NCBI GenBank assembly: GCA_023819225.1
Contig: JAMWCZ010000003.1
Coordinates: 1-36,450 of the forward strand
Source: Candidatus Omnitrophota bacterium
GTDB lineage: Bacteria > Ratteibacteria > UBA8468 > B48-G9 > JAFGKM01
Length of the DNA stretch: 36,450 bases
Direction: 5' to 3'
Shown here: positions 1-7,563 of the stretch, one piece after another
How the letters are laid out: each line of letters begins with the position of its first letter
Numbering within the stretch: position 1 is the stretch's first letter
Program-made: the position numbers and the translations under genes
Notes under the pieces: generated by a model
The model's database searches: none
What the model was told of the DNA's origin: nothing
Seen by the model: only the letters and a program-made list of their open reading frames with translations

Positions 1-19
1 TTTTTAATCTGTAATCCTT

Positions 20-814
20 CTATTTTGCCAGCCACTCTCCTTTAAAAACAGTAAGTATCTCTCCTTCAAGATATACTTTTTTAAGTTGCTTATCAAAGTA
101 TACTTTAAGTTTTTCTCCTGACCGGGATATCACCTTTACAGGTGGACTGACCTTTCCTGCAAGAAAACCCGCTATGGCGCCTGCGACACTTCCTGTTCCG
201 CAGGAAAGTGTTTCTCCCTCAACGCCCCTTTCATATGTCCGTATTTTTATGGTATTTTTACCTGCTATCTCTATCCAGTCAACATTTGTCCCTTTTGGTT
301 TGAATAACCTATGGTATCTTATTGCAGGCCCTTGTCCGTTTACATCCACCTTTTCTATATTACCGGTAAATATAACCATATGAGGCACCCCTGAATTGAT
401 AAAATGCCCTGTAATGTTTTTCTTCCCTAAACGGATTTTGATACCTTCTTCTGGGTTTCCTATAAGTTTTAACTGTGCCTTGACTTTTCTGCCGGATACA
501 CTTCCTTCAAGAATCCCTGCACCTGTTTCCACAGTAAGATGGTTGCCTTTTACTATACCCTGGCTTACTGCAAATAGCATCATACACCTGAGCCCATTCC
601 CACACATCTCTGCTTCACTTCCATCAGGATTAAAAATTCTCATACGGATATCTGCGCTCCTTGATTTTTCTAAAAGCAGCAGCCCATCAGCCCCTATACC
701 AAACTTTCTATTACATAATAAAACCGCAGTTTTTTTTCGGTTGAAGATGATGTTATCCCTGTTATCTATCAACACAAAATCATTTCCTGAGCCCGCCATT
801 TTGAAAAATTCCAT
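20..814 (-). CDS. dapF: Diaminopimelate epimerase
   Basis: 264-aa ORF with N-terminal GSGNDFVLID and both catalytic-Cys motifs (MCGNG, SCGTG). Purine-rich AGGGGGAA lies upstream of the ATG. Confidence 0.9.
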   Translation of the reverse strand: MEFFKMAGSGNDFVLIDNRDNIIFNRKKTAVLLCNRKFGIGADGLLLLEKSRSADIRMRIFNPDGSEAEMCGNGLRCMMLFAVSQGIVKGNHLTVETGAGILEGSVSGRKVKAQLKLIGNPEEGIKIRLGKKNITGHFINSGVPHMVIFTGNIEKVDVNGQGPAIRYHRLFKPKGTNVDWIEIAGKNTIKIRTYERGVEGETLSCGTGSVAGAIAGFLAGKVSPPVKVISRSGEKLKVYFDKQLKKVYLEGEILTVFKGEWLAK

Positions 815-898
815 TTTGTTCCCCCTGATAGCAACCTCATATTTTAATCTCTTCTTTTAATGTTTGTCAAAGTTGCGGTTTTGCGGTAAACTGATGAT

Positions 899-1121
899 AA
901 GGTGGCAGAATGCTGGAAGGAGAGAGAAAAAAATATTTTAGAGCATCGGAATTTCAATCCGATGCGGGATTAGGGGGTGAACGGGGGAAACAATCTGGTT
1001 GCCCCCGTGGGGTGACAGGGAGCGATAGCGACCGTCAGAGGGGCGTGAGCCCCTATGAAAGTAATCTCGTTAGGGATTATCTTGTTTATGGATAAGTTGG
1101 TAGACCACATCCTATTTTTTT
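899..1121 (+). ncRNA. Candidate structured small RNA, family not recognised
   Basis: GC-rich ~225-nt segment between the divergent dapF and glyQ promoters. Possible promoter TTGTCA-17-TAAACT at 864-892. Stems: GCATCGGA/TCCGATGC; ACGGGGG/CCCCCGT flanked by a GGGGTGA direct repeat; AGGGGC-GTGA-GCCCCT with a GNRA loop; closing helix GGGATTA/TAATCTC. Ends in hairpin 1090-1112 plus a T-run. The 61-aa ORF 910-1095 has no RBS. Confidence 0.3.
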
Positions 1122-1150
1122 ATAGATTTTTAATGAGACAATTCGGATGG

Positions 1151-1179
1151 TTGAGAAAAAAAAGGAAATAGCATATAAT
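1151..1179 (+). promoter_or_regulatory. Sigma70-type promoter of glyQ (TTGAGA-17-TATAAT)
   Basis: -35 at 1151-1156 and -10 at 1174-1179 with a 17-nt spacer. The ATG at 1187 is only 7 nt after the -10 and no Shine-Dalgarno is present. Confidence 0.5.
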
Positions 1180-1186
1180 ATAAAAA

Positions 1187-2050
1187 ATGAAAAAAACAAT
1201 GACTTTTCAGGATGTATGGAGAAAACTTGAGGACTACTGGATGAAGAAAGGGTGTCTTCTCTGGCATCCTTATAATGTAGAGGTTGGAGCGGGAACACTT
1301 AACCCTGCCACTTTTTTTGGTATTCTCGGAGAAAAGAAGTGGAATGTAGTATATCTTGAACCATCAGTAAGACCCGCGGATGGGAGGTATGGCGAGAATC
1401 CTGTCCGTCTTTATCAGCATCACCAGATACAAGTTATAATGAAACCCCCTCCTTTAAAGATACAGGATATATACCTTGAAAGTTTAAAGGTAATAGGTAT
1501 AGACACATCCCAGCATGATATAAGGTTTATAGAAGATAACTGGGAAGCGCCTACATTGGGCGCATGGGGTGTTGGATGGGAGGTCTGGCTTGATGGTCTT
1601 GAGATTACCCAGTTTACATATATGCAACAGGCAGGTGGCATTGACCTTTCTCCCCCTTCAGTTGAAATAACATATGGATTGGACCGTCTTGTAAATTTCA
1701 TTCAGAAGAAAAAGAGCGTATATGAGTTACAGTGGAACAAAAATGTTTTGTATGGAGAGATACAGAAGGACAGAGAAAGGGATTATTCTATTTACAGTTT
1801 TGATAAGGCGGAAAGTTCTTCGCTTTTTGAGATATTTGACAGGTTTGAAAAAGAAGCAGAGAAATTACTTATAGAAAATGTTTTATACCCTGCCTATGAC
1901 TATGTATTGAAACTTTCTCATATTTTTAATCTTCTTGATGCGAGAAAGGCGATAAGTGTAAGCGAGAGGGTAAGATACATCAGCAGAATAAGGAAACTTG
2001 CAAGGATATGTGCTGAACTTTACTTGAACAGGAAAAAAGAAGTACAATAG
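1187..2050 (+). CDS. glyQ: Glycyl-tRNA synthetase alpha subunit
   Basis: 287-aa ORF. N-terminal TFQDVWRKLEDYW...GAGTLNPATFF and overall length match GlyQ. An alternative start is at 1199. Confidence 0.9.
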   Translation: MKKTMTFQDVWRKLEDYWMKKGCLLWHPYNVEVGAGTLNPATFFGILGEKKWNVVYLEPSVRPADGRYGENPVRLYQHHQIQVIMKPPPLKIQDIYLESLKVIGIDTSQHDIRFIEDNWEAPTLGAWGVGWEVWLDGLEITQFTYMQQAGGIDLSPPSVEITYGLDRLVNFIQKKKSVYELQWNKNVLYGEIQKDRERDYSIYSFDKAESSSLFEIFDRFEKEAEKLLIENVLYPAYDYVLKLSHIFNLLDARKAISVSERVRYISRIRKLARICAELYLNRKKEVQ

Positions 2051-2071
2051 ATGTTTAAAGTTTTTAGTTTA

Positions 2072-2153
2072 GCCGGGATGGTGGAACTGGCAGACACGTA
2101 CGTTTGAGGGGCGTATGGCGTAAGCCGTGGGGGTTCAAATCCCCCTCCCGGCA
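2072..2153 (+). tRNA. tRNA-Leu (anticodon GAG), class II with long variable arm
   Basis: Cloverleaf folded by hand. Acceptor GCCGGGA/TCCCGGC; anticodon stem TACGT/GCGTA with loop TTGAGGG; variable arm GGC-GTAA-GCC; T arm GGGGG-TTCAAAT-CCCCC; discriminator A. No encoded CCA. Confidence 0.9.
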
Positions 2154-2202
2154 CTGCAATCTTCTTTGAAAAGGGATTTGAAGACACACGGCTGATAGGG
2201 GT

Positions 2203-2234
2203 TTGGGGGAAGGTATTTTCCCCCAAGCATTTTG
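2203..2234 (+). terminator. Intrinsic terminator after tRNA-Leu
   Basis: 9-bp stem TTGGGGGAA/TTCCCCCAA followed by GCATTTTG. Confidence 0.55.
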
Positions 2235-2238
2235 TATT

Positions 2239-2325
2239 GGGGGGAGGACTATATCAGGAAGGGGGAAACACCCCCTCCTGAGGAGCGAAGCGACGCCGTG
2301 GCGGGTTCAAATCCCCCTCCCGGCA
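2239..2325 (+). repeat. Conserved 55-nt module plus second copy of the tRNA-Leu 3' end
   Basis: 2239-2293 matches 12087-12142 with 2 substitutions and one G-run length difference. 2295-2325 repeats tRNA-Leu 2124-2153 (variable-arm 3' strand, T arm, acceptor 3' strand) with one extra base. Confidence 0.8.
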
Positions 2326-2347
2326 TTGTAACCCCCTCACCCTAATT

Positions 2348-2374
2348 CCCTCTCCCCGCTTTGCGGGGCGAGGG
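2348..2374. repeat. GC-rich palindromic REP-like unit
   Basis: CCCTCTCCCCGC-TTT-GCGGGGCGAGGG preceded by CCCTCACCC. Same family as the units at 14882, 19188, 24907, 26203 and 28328. Confidence 0.8.
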
Positions 2375-2624
2375 TTAGAAAGTGAGAGGTGATAGACACC
2401 CCTCGCCTCAACACTCTCCAAGAGGGAAAAGGGAAATAAAGGAAGTTTATGAATAAAAGGACACCTTTCTGGGAGGACTTAATTATTATTCTTTCTATTT
2501 TTACTCTATGGCCTACAATATTGCGTAGAGAAACATTCTTCTCAAAAATTCTTATGGTCATCTCTTTTATCCTTCTTGTATGGATACTGGCAAGAAGGAT
2601 AAAAAGAATGAGAGATATTTTAAA

Positions 2625-3155
2625 ATGAAAATCATTTTACAGAAATTTTTACTACTATTTACTGTTGTTTTTGTAGCAGGATGTTCTGTAAATCAGGGGG
2701 GGGCTTATTCACGTAAACTTATAAGAGAAGGGGATAGATATTTTTCTGAAGGAGAAATTGATAAGGCGATAGAGTTATGGCAACAGGCACTGGACTATCA
2801 ACAGAAACCGGAACTTTATGAAAAAATAGTAATGGCTTATATTATGAGAAACCAGCTTTCTGATGCAGAAGAATATATCTCAAAGGGTTTGACTTATTTT
2901 CCAAATAATGTTAATCTTTTTTTTAATCTGGCACTTATAAATTTTTACAATGATGACTTTGACAGAGCAAAGAAGAATGTTGATAGGGTGCTGGAAATAA
3001 ACGGATATTATCGTGATGCTCATTTTCTTAAAGGGTTGATGTATGAAAAGGAGGGAGATATTCCTGCTGCAAAAAGAGAGTTTGTTAATGAACTGAATGT
3101 CAATCCTGGTTCAAGAAGAGCATGGAAAAAATTAAGGGAGTTAAAGGATGAATAA
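2625..3155 (+). CDS. TPR-repeat lipoprotein
   Basis: Signal peptide with lipobox FVAGC after MKIILQKFLLLFTVV. TPR-like helical repeats (AIELWQQALDY, AEEYISKGLTYFP, AHFLKGLMYEKEG). The upstream ATG at 2580 is unlikely. Its stop overlaps the next start by 8 nt. Confidence 0.75.
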   Translation: MKIILQKFLLLFTVVFVAGCSVNQGGAYSRKLIREGDRYFSEGEIDKAIELWQQALDYQQKPELYEKIVMAYIMRNQLSDAEEYISKGLTYFPNNVNLFFNLALINFYNDDFDRAKKNVDRVLEINGYYRDAHFLKGLMYEKEGDIPAAKREFVNELNVNPGSRRAWKKLRELKDE

Positions 3156-6100
3156 AAAATTCTTTTATCTGCCTGCTATCCTCATCTTTTTCTTTCAATC
3201 TTTTTTATATTCTGAAGGGCTCAATGAATATATCAGATTTTTTTCTTCTTTTTCTTCCCGTATGCCAGGAACAGAAGGACACAGGTACTCAGCGGATTTT
3301 ATAGAGAAGAAATTCAAGGAAGCAGGGCTTAAAAAGGTAAAGAAGGAAGGATTTAAGTCGGTTATTCCTGTTGAAAGATATGCCTACATTATCGTTGATA
3401 ACAAAAGAATAGATATCCATTGTCTTTGGCCAAATCTTGTAAGAACATCCACAATTCCTCCAGAAGGACTCAAAGGGAAACTTATATATGGAGGCAATGG
3501 AGACCTGAGGAATTTAACAGGAAAAGATATAGAGGGAAACATTGTTGTTCTTGACTTTGATTCAGGGACAAGATGGCAGACGATTGCTATGCTGGGTGCA
3601 AAGGCGTTCATATTTACAGAAATAGGAGATATCACCCGTATTCAAGCAGAGCAAAAATTTGTAAATATCCCGGTTAATATTCCGAGGTTCTATGCTCATA
3701 ATAATAGCAAGATGATTATTGAATTTGCCAGGGAAGAAAAGGAAGTTAATCTATTCAGCAGGATGGATTGGGAGAATGTAACGGACTATAACATATATGG
3801 CTATCTTGAAGGGAGAGATAAGAAACTAAAAGAAGAAATTATTGTCCTGCAGGCATACTATGACAGTGTTAGTGTTGTTCCATCTATTGCCCCTGGGGCA
3901 TCTTCTGCCTGTGGTATATCAGCACTCCTTGATATCCTTGACTATTTTAGTATGAACCCGCCTGCCAGGACAGTGGTTTTCCTCGCTACCTCCTCACATT
4001 TTCAGACAATGAGAGGAATAAATGAGTTTATCCAGAAACACATGAGGAAGGAACCACTTTTTAGAAAGAGAATAAAGGAAGAGGATATTATCCAGCCAAA
4101 ACTTTTTATAGGGCTTGACCTGTCGGATGGTTCGGACAGTTTAGGTATCTGGCATAATTCTTATGACTTCTATACCCAGAGGGTCTTTGCGCCATATGGT
4201 AGAAAGTTTATGGAATATGCAGATAAAGTGAGTAGATATTTAGGGTATAAAAGAGAAGCAGCACTGGTAAACGGGATAAGCCCTGAAAGAGGAATTATAT
4301 GGCAGACATTTCTTCCTGAAAAGATACGAACAGATGGTGAATTAATAATTCTTTCAGGTAATCCAGCAATTTCTTTTGTGACTGTTAATGACGGCAGATG
4401 GCGTGTTGATACTCCTTCTGATACTTATGAAAATCTAAACATTGTCAATATAACAAAACAGGCGGTCTTTCTTAAAGAGATTCTCAAAGTCGCAATTAAT
4501 GACCCTGATTTATTCCCTGAGATTGAATTAGGATTAATAAAGGATAATCTTTATACCCTTAATTCAAAAATAGTAACATTTGACCCTACCAGAAGTTTTG
4601 TTCCGAGTGAGCCAGTGGTTGGTGCGCTGGTAATACCACGGGTACACCCTACCACTATAGTGCTGGGAAAAACATCTATGGGAGTTAGAAATACCCATAT
4701 AGGTATGACCGATGAAAAAGGAAAGGCAGTTTTTTCTTCACTCGGTCTAGCAAGCACCCTAACACTATCCGCTTTTTATATAGATGGAGATAGTGGAGAG
4801 ATTGTGCTTTCTCCTGACCTTGGAGTGGGCGGAGCTGGACAATATCCTGTTTTAGTACCAATGGACTATAGAGAAAAGGACTGGATGATAGTACTTTTTG
4901 AATCAAAGACCATCTCCCTTTCAGGACTTATAGACCCTCAGTATCTTGTTACACTGGATAAAGTAGAAGTGCTTGATATGGCAGATAGTGTCCCAAGTGA
5001 GTATGGATATTATCTGCAATACCCTGGATTTATCCCTTTTATGTGGACCTCCTATTCTGAGCCAATGGGATGTGTATTTGCAAGGGGACATATGAGAATT
5101 AAGATTCTCGGACAGGCAGGACCTCTCGGTAAGCGACTCCTTCTTTTAAATTCAAAGGAAGGGAGTAAAGAAACATCAGAAGGAATGGGATTTGAAGTGG
5201 AAGACACGCCTTTTATATATAATACACCATATCAATCAGCCAGGGATATGATAATTCTTGATGCATACAGAAGAGAAAACTTTGAGCAGTTCGGAATAAA
5301 AAACGAGCGTCTGGCAGAACTTCAAACTGAAGCAAAAAAATTACTGGCAATGGCAGAAGAGGCAAAGGACAAAAAAGATTGGTATGAGTTCTTAAAGTAT
5401 TCAAGGCAGTCACAAGCGATTGAATGCAGAGCTTATCCCGATGTAAAAAATACAGCCAATGATGTTGTAAAAGGTATTATATTCTACTTTATGTTACTTC
5501 TCCCATTTGCTTATTTTGGAGAACGGCTATTGTTCAATTTTGCAAAACTTGAAAAGAGAATTGCAGGGACTTTTGGCATCTTTATAGTTATCTACTGGGT
5601 TATGCGAATGGTACATCCTGCATTCAAACTAACAAATGCCCCTGAGGTAATACTACTTTCATTTATAGTTCTTGCTCTTTCTCTTATAGTGCTATCAATA
5701 GTTGCTTCAAAATTTGAAGAGCAGATGAAACATTTGAAAATGGAATCGTCCAGGGTATATGAAACCGATGTTGGAAGGATTACAGCAACAGCGACAGCGT
5801 TTTCTTTAGGTGTTGCAAATATGAAGAGAAGGCCTATCCGGACTATACTTACAGCCATTACATTAATCCTTCTGACATTTACAGTGCTTTCATTTACCTC
5901 TATCAAGTCATATATGAAATATAACCAGATTATAAGGCCATATAGACCTATATATCAGGGGATTTTACTCAGGGACCGTTCCTGGTCACCGCTAATGGAG
6001 ACCGCACTGGAATATACAGAAAATGAATTTTCAGGAAAAGGGATTATTACACCCAGAGCATGGTTTGTTCTTGATGAACTTGGATACAGAACAGCAGTTG

Positions 6101-7533
6101 AGATAAGGTGGAAGGATGATGCTACATTTGCCTCGGGTATATTAGGACTTTCTCCACAGGAGATTACCCCTGTCAGAAATGCTGTAGTAAATGGAGAGTG
6201 GTTCAGCGACCCGTATGAGAGGTCAGTTATCCTTTCAAAGAAGATGGTTAAGGAACTTCGTCTAACTGATTCAGATATCGGCAGTGCAAGGATATGGATA
6301 TATGGTAGAGAATTTATTTTTAAAGGTATTTTTGATGAAAAACTCCTCAATGATATCAAGGATATGGATGATGAACGGATTACCCCGGTCGATTTTTCAG
6401 TGCTGCCTGAAAGAGAGGTTTCAAAGATAAAAATGGAAAAGACAGCGCAGGTTTTTACATCACAGGCAAAATTAGAGTCATTTGTTCACACAGAAGCAGA
6501 AAATATTGCTATAGTTCCTTTCGGAACACTTATGAATATGAAGGGCACGCTTCAGTCAATAGCAGTTAAATTCAATGATGATGTTGATGGTAAAGGACTT
6601 GTTGAGAGTTTTATATCAAAACTCGCGGTTATCATTTTTGCAGGAATTGGAGAGAAGACATATGTTTATAGCAGTATGGGGCTCACCTCTTTCTCAGGTA
6701 TAAGTAACCTTGTTATTCCCATACTTATAGCTGCTCTAATAGTCCTTAATACTATGTTAGGGGCGGTTTATGAAAGGATAAGAGAGATAGGAACATATAG
6801 TGCTGTTGGACTTGCTCCAGTACATATCTCATCATTATTTCTTGCAGAATCAATGGTGTATGCGGTTATGGGGTCTGTTGCTGGCTATCTTTTAGGTCAG
6901 GTTGTTGCCAGAATTCTTATGGTAACGGGGTTGTTAAAAGGGCTGGTGCTTAACTATTCTTCACTTTCTGCTGTATTTGCAACCCTTATTATATTTATCA
7001 CAGTGATACTTTCAACACTTTATCCTGCGAGAAAAGCAGCCCAGATGGCTGTGCCGGATGTTACCAGAAAGTGGATACTGCCTGAACCCAAAGGAGATAA
7101 TTGGGAGTTTGAATTTCCTTTTACAGTGGCTGAAATTGAAGTCCTTGGACTTTCAACCTTTTTAACCGATTACTTTAATTCATATCAGGATGTCTCTTTA
7201 GGCAATTTCTATACAGGTGGTGCTACCCTTGAATATGAAAAACTTCCATCAGGTAAATATAAATATATTATAGATACAGATATCTGGCTGGCCCCTTTTG
7301 ATTTAGGAGTGAGTCAACACCTGAAACTTACAATGGAACCAATGGGGCAGTATGAGTTTTATACTATAAACCTTATTATGAAAAGGACAAGCGGAGAATC
7401 AACTGACTGGAAACGACTTAATAGAAGGTTCCTTGATGGTATAAGGAAGCAATTCCTTATCTGGAGGACTGTAAGCGGTGATGTTAAGAGGGACTATGCA
7501 AGACAGGGTAAGGAACTCCTGAAAATTACATAA
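3148..7533 (+). CDS. 1461-aa membrane fusion protein: signal peptide, M28/PA peptidase-like ectodomain with degenerate metal ligands, beta-rich segment, 3 TM helices, MacB/FtsX-type permease, and a C-terminal cytoplasmic domain of unknown type
   Basis: One uninterrupted ORF. M28-like motifs: AYYDS, PGASSACG, GNPAISF, DTPSDT. FtsX signature LNTMLGAVYERIREIGTYSAVGLAP with flanking TM helices. MacB-like TM1 is RTILTAITLILLTFTVLSF, followed by a ~270-aa extracytoplasmic domain. Confidence 0.7.
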   Translation: MNKKFFYLPAILIFFFQSFLYSEGLNEYIRFFSSFSSRMPGTEGHRYSADFIEKKFKEAGLKKVKKEGFKSVIPVERYAYIIVDNKRIDIHCLWPNLVRTSTIPPEGLKGKLIYGGNGDLRNLTGKDIEGNIVVLDFDSGTRWQTIAMLGAKAFIFTEIGDITRIQAEQKFVNIPVNIPRFYAHNNSKMIIEFAREEKEVNLFSRMDWENVTDYNIYGYLEGRDKKLKEEIIVLQAYYDSVSVVPSIAPGASSACGISALLDILDYFSMNPPARTVVFLATSSHFQTMRGINEFIQKHMRKEPLFRKRIKEEDIIQPKLFIGLDLSDGSDSLGIWHNSYDFYTQRVFAPYGRKFMEYADKVSRYLGYKREAALVNGISPERGIIWQTFLPEKIRTDGELIILSGNPAISFVTVNDGRWRVDTPSDTYENLNIVNITKQAVFLKEILKVAINDPDLFPEIELGLIKDNLYTLNSKIVTFDPTRSFVPSEPVVGALVIPRVHPTTIVLGKTSMGVRNTHIGMTDEKGKAVFSSLGLASTLTLSAFYIDGDSGEIVLSPDLGVGGAGQYPVLVPMDYREKDWMIVLFESKTISLSGLIDPQYLVTLDKVEVLDMADSVPSEYGYYLQYPGFIPFMWTSYSEPMGCVFARGHMRIKILGQAGPLGKRLLLLNSKEGSKETSEGMGFEVEDTPFIYNTPYQSARDMIILDAYRRENFEQFGIKNERLAELQTEAKKLLAMAEEAKDKKDWYEFLKYSRQSQAIECRAYPDVKNTANDVVKGIIFYFMLLLPFAYFGERLLFNFAKLEKRIAGTFGIFIVIYWVMRMVHPAFKLTNAPEVILLSFIVLALSLIVLSIVASKFEEQMKHLKMESSRVYETDVGRITATATAFSLGVANMKRRPIRTILTAITLILLTFTVLSFTSIKSYMKYNQIIRPYRPIYQGILLRDRSWSPLMETALEYTENEFSGKGIITPRAWFVLDELGYRTAVEIRWKDDATFASGILGLSPQEITPVRNAVVNGEWFSDPYERSVILSKKMVKELRLTDSDIGSARIWIYGREFIFKGIFDEKLLNDIKDMDDERITPVDFSVLPEREVSKIKMEKTAQVFTSQAKLESFVHTEAENIAIVPFGTLMNMKGTLQSIAVKFNDDVDGKGLVESFISKLAVIIFAGIGEKTYVYSSMGLTSFSGISNLVIPILIAALIVLNTMLGAVYERIREIGTYSAVGLAPVHISSLFLAESMVYAVMGSVAGYLLGQVVARILMVTGLLKGLVLNYSSLSAVFATLIIFITVILSTLYPARKAAQMAVPDVTRKWILPEPKGDNWEFEFPFTVAEIEVLGLSTFLTDYFNSYQDVSLGNFYTGGATLEYEKLPSGKYKYIIDTDIWLAPFDLGVSQHLKLTMEPMGQYEFYTINLIMKRTSGESTDWKRLNRRFLDGIRKQFLIWRTVSGDVKRDYARQGKELLKIT

Positions 7534-7563
7534 AAGATAGTAAATATTTACAAAGGATGGATT

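Noticed and set aside
910-1095. 61-aa ORF in the dapF-glyQ spacer
   Set aside because: It has no RBS. Its composition is driven by GC-rich hairpins, and it coincides with the candidate structured RNA.
860-1186. T-box (or glycine) riboswitch leader for glyQ
   Set aside because: The location and the terminal hairpin plus T-run are suggestive, and TTGGTAGACCAC vaguely resembles the T-box core. However, the only loop-exposed GGC lies at the extreme 5' end, not on the 3' side of a stem I specifier loop. No AG-bulge or distal-loop pair or GGGTGGTACCGCG box is present. A consensus promoter also sits between this region and glyQ.
2295-2325. Second tRNA-Leu gene or pseudo-tRNA
   Set aside because: Only the variable-arm 3' strand, the T arm and the acceptor 3' strand are present. 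No GCCGGGA 5' acceptor strand, D arm or anticodon arm lies upstream. I also tested whether the conserved module could supply an acceptor 5' strand. It pairs 5 bp with the tmRNA copy but not with the tRNA-Leu copy.
2337-2561. 74-aa ORF on the minus strand
   Set aside because: It runs through a REP unit and low-complexity spacer and has no RBS.
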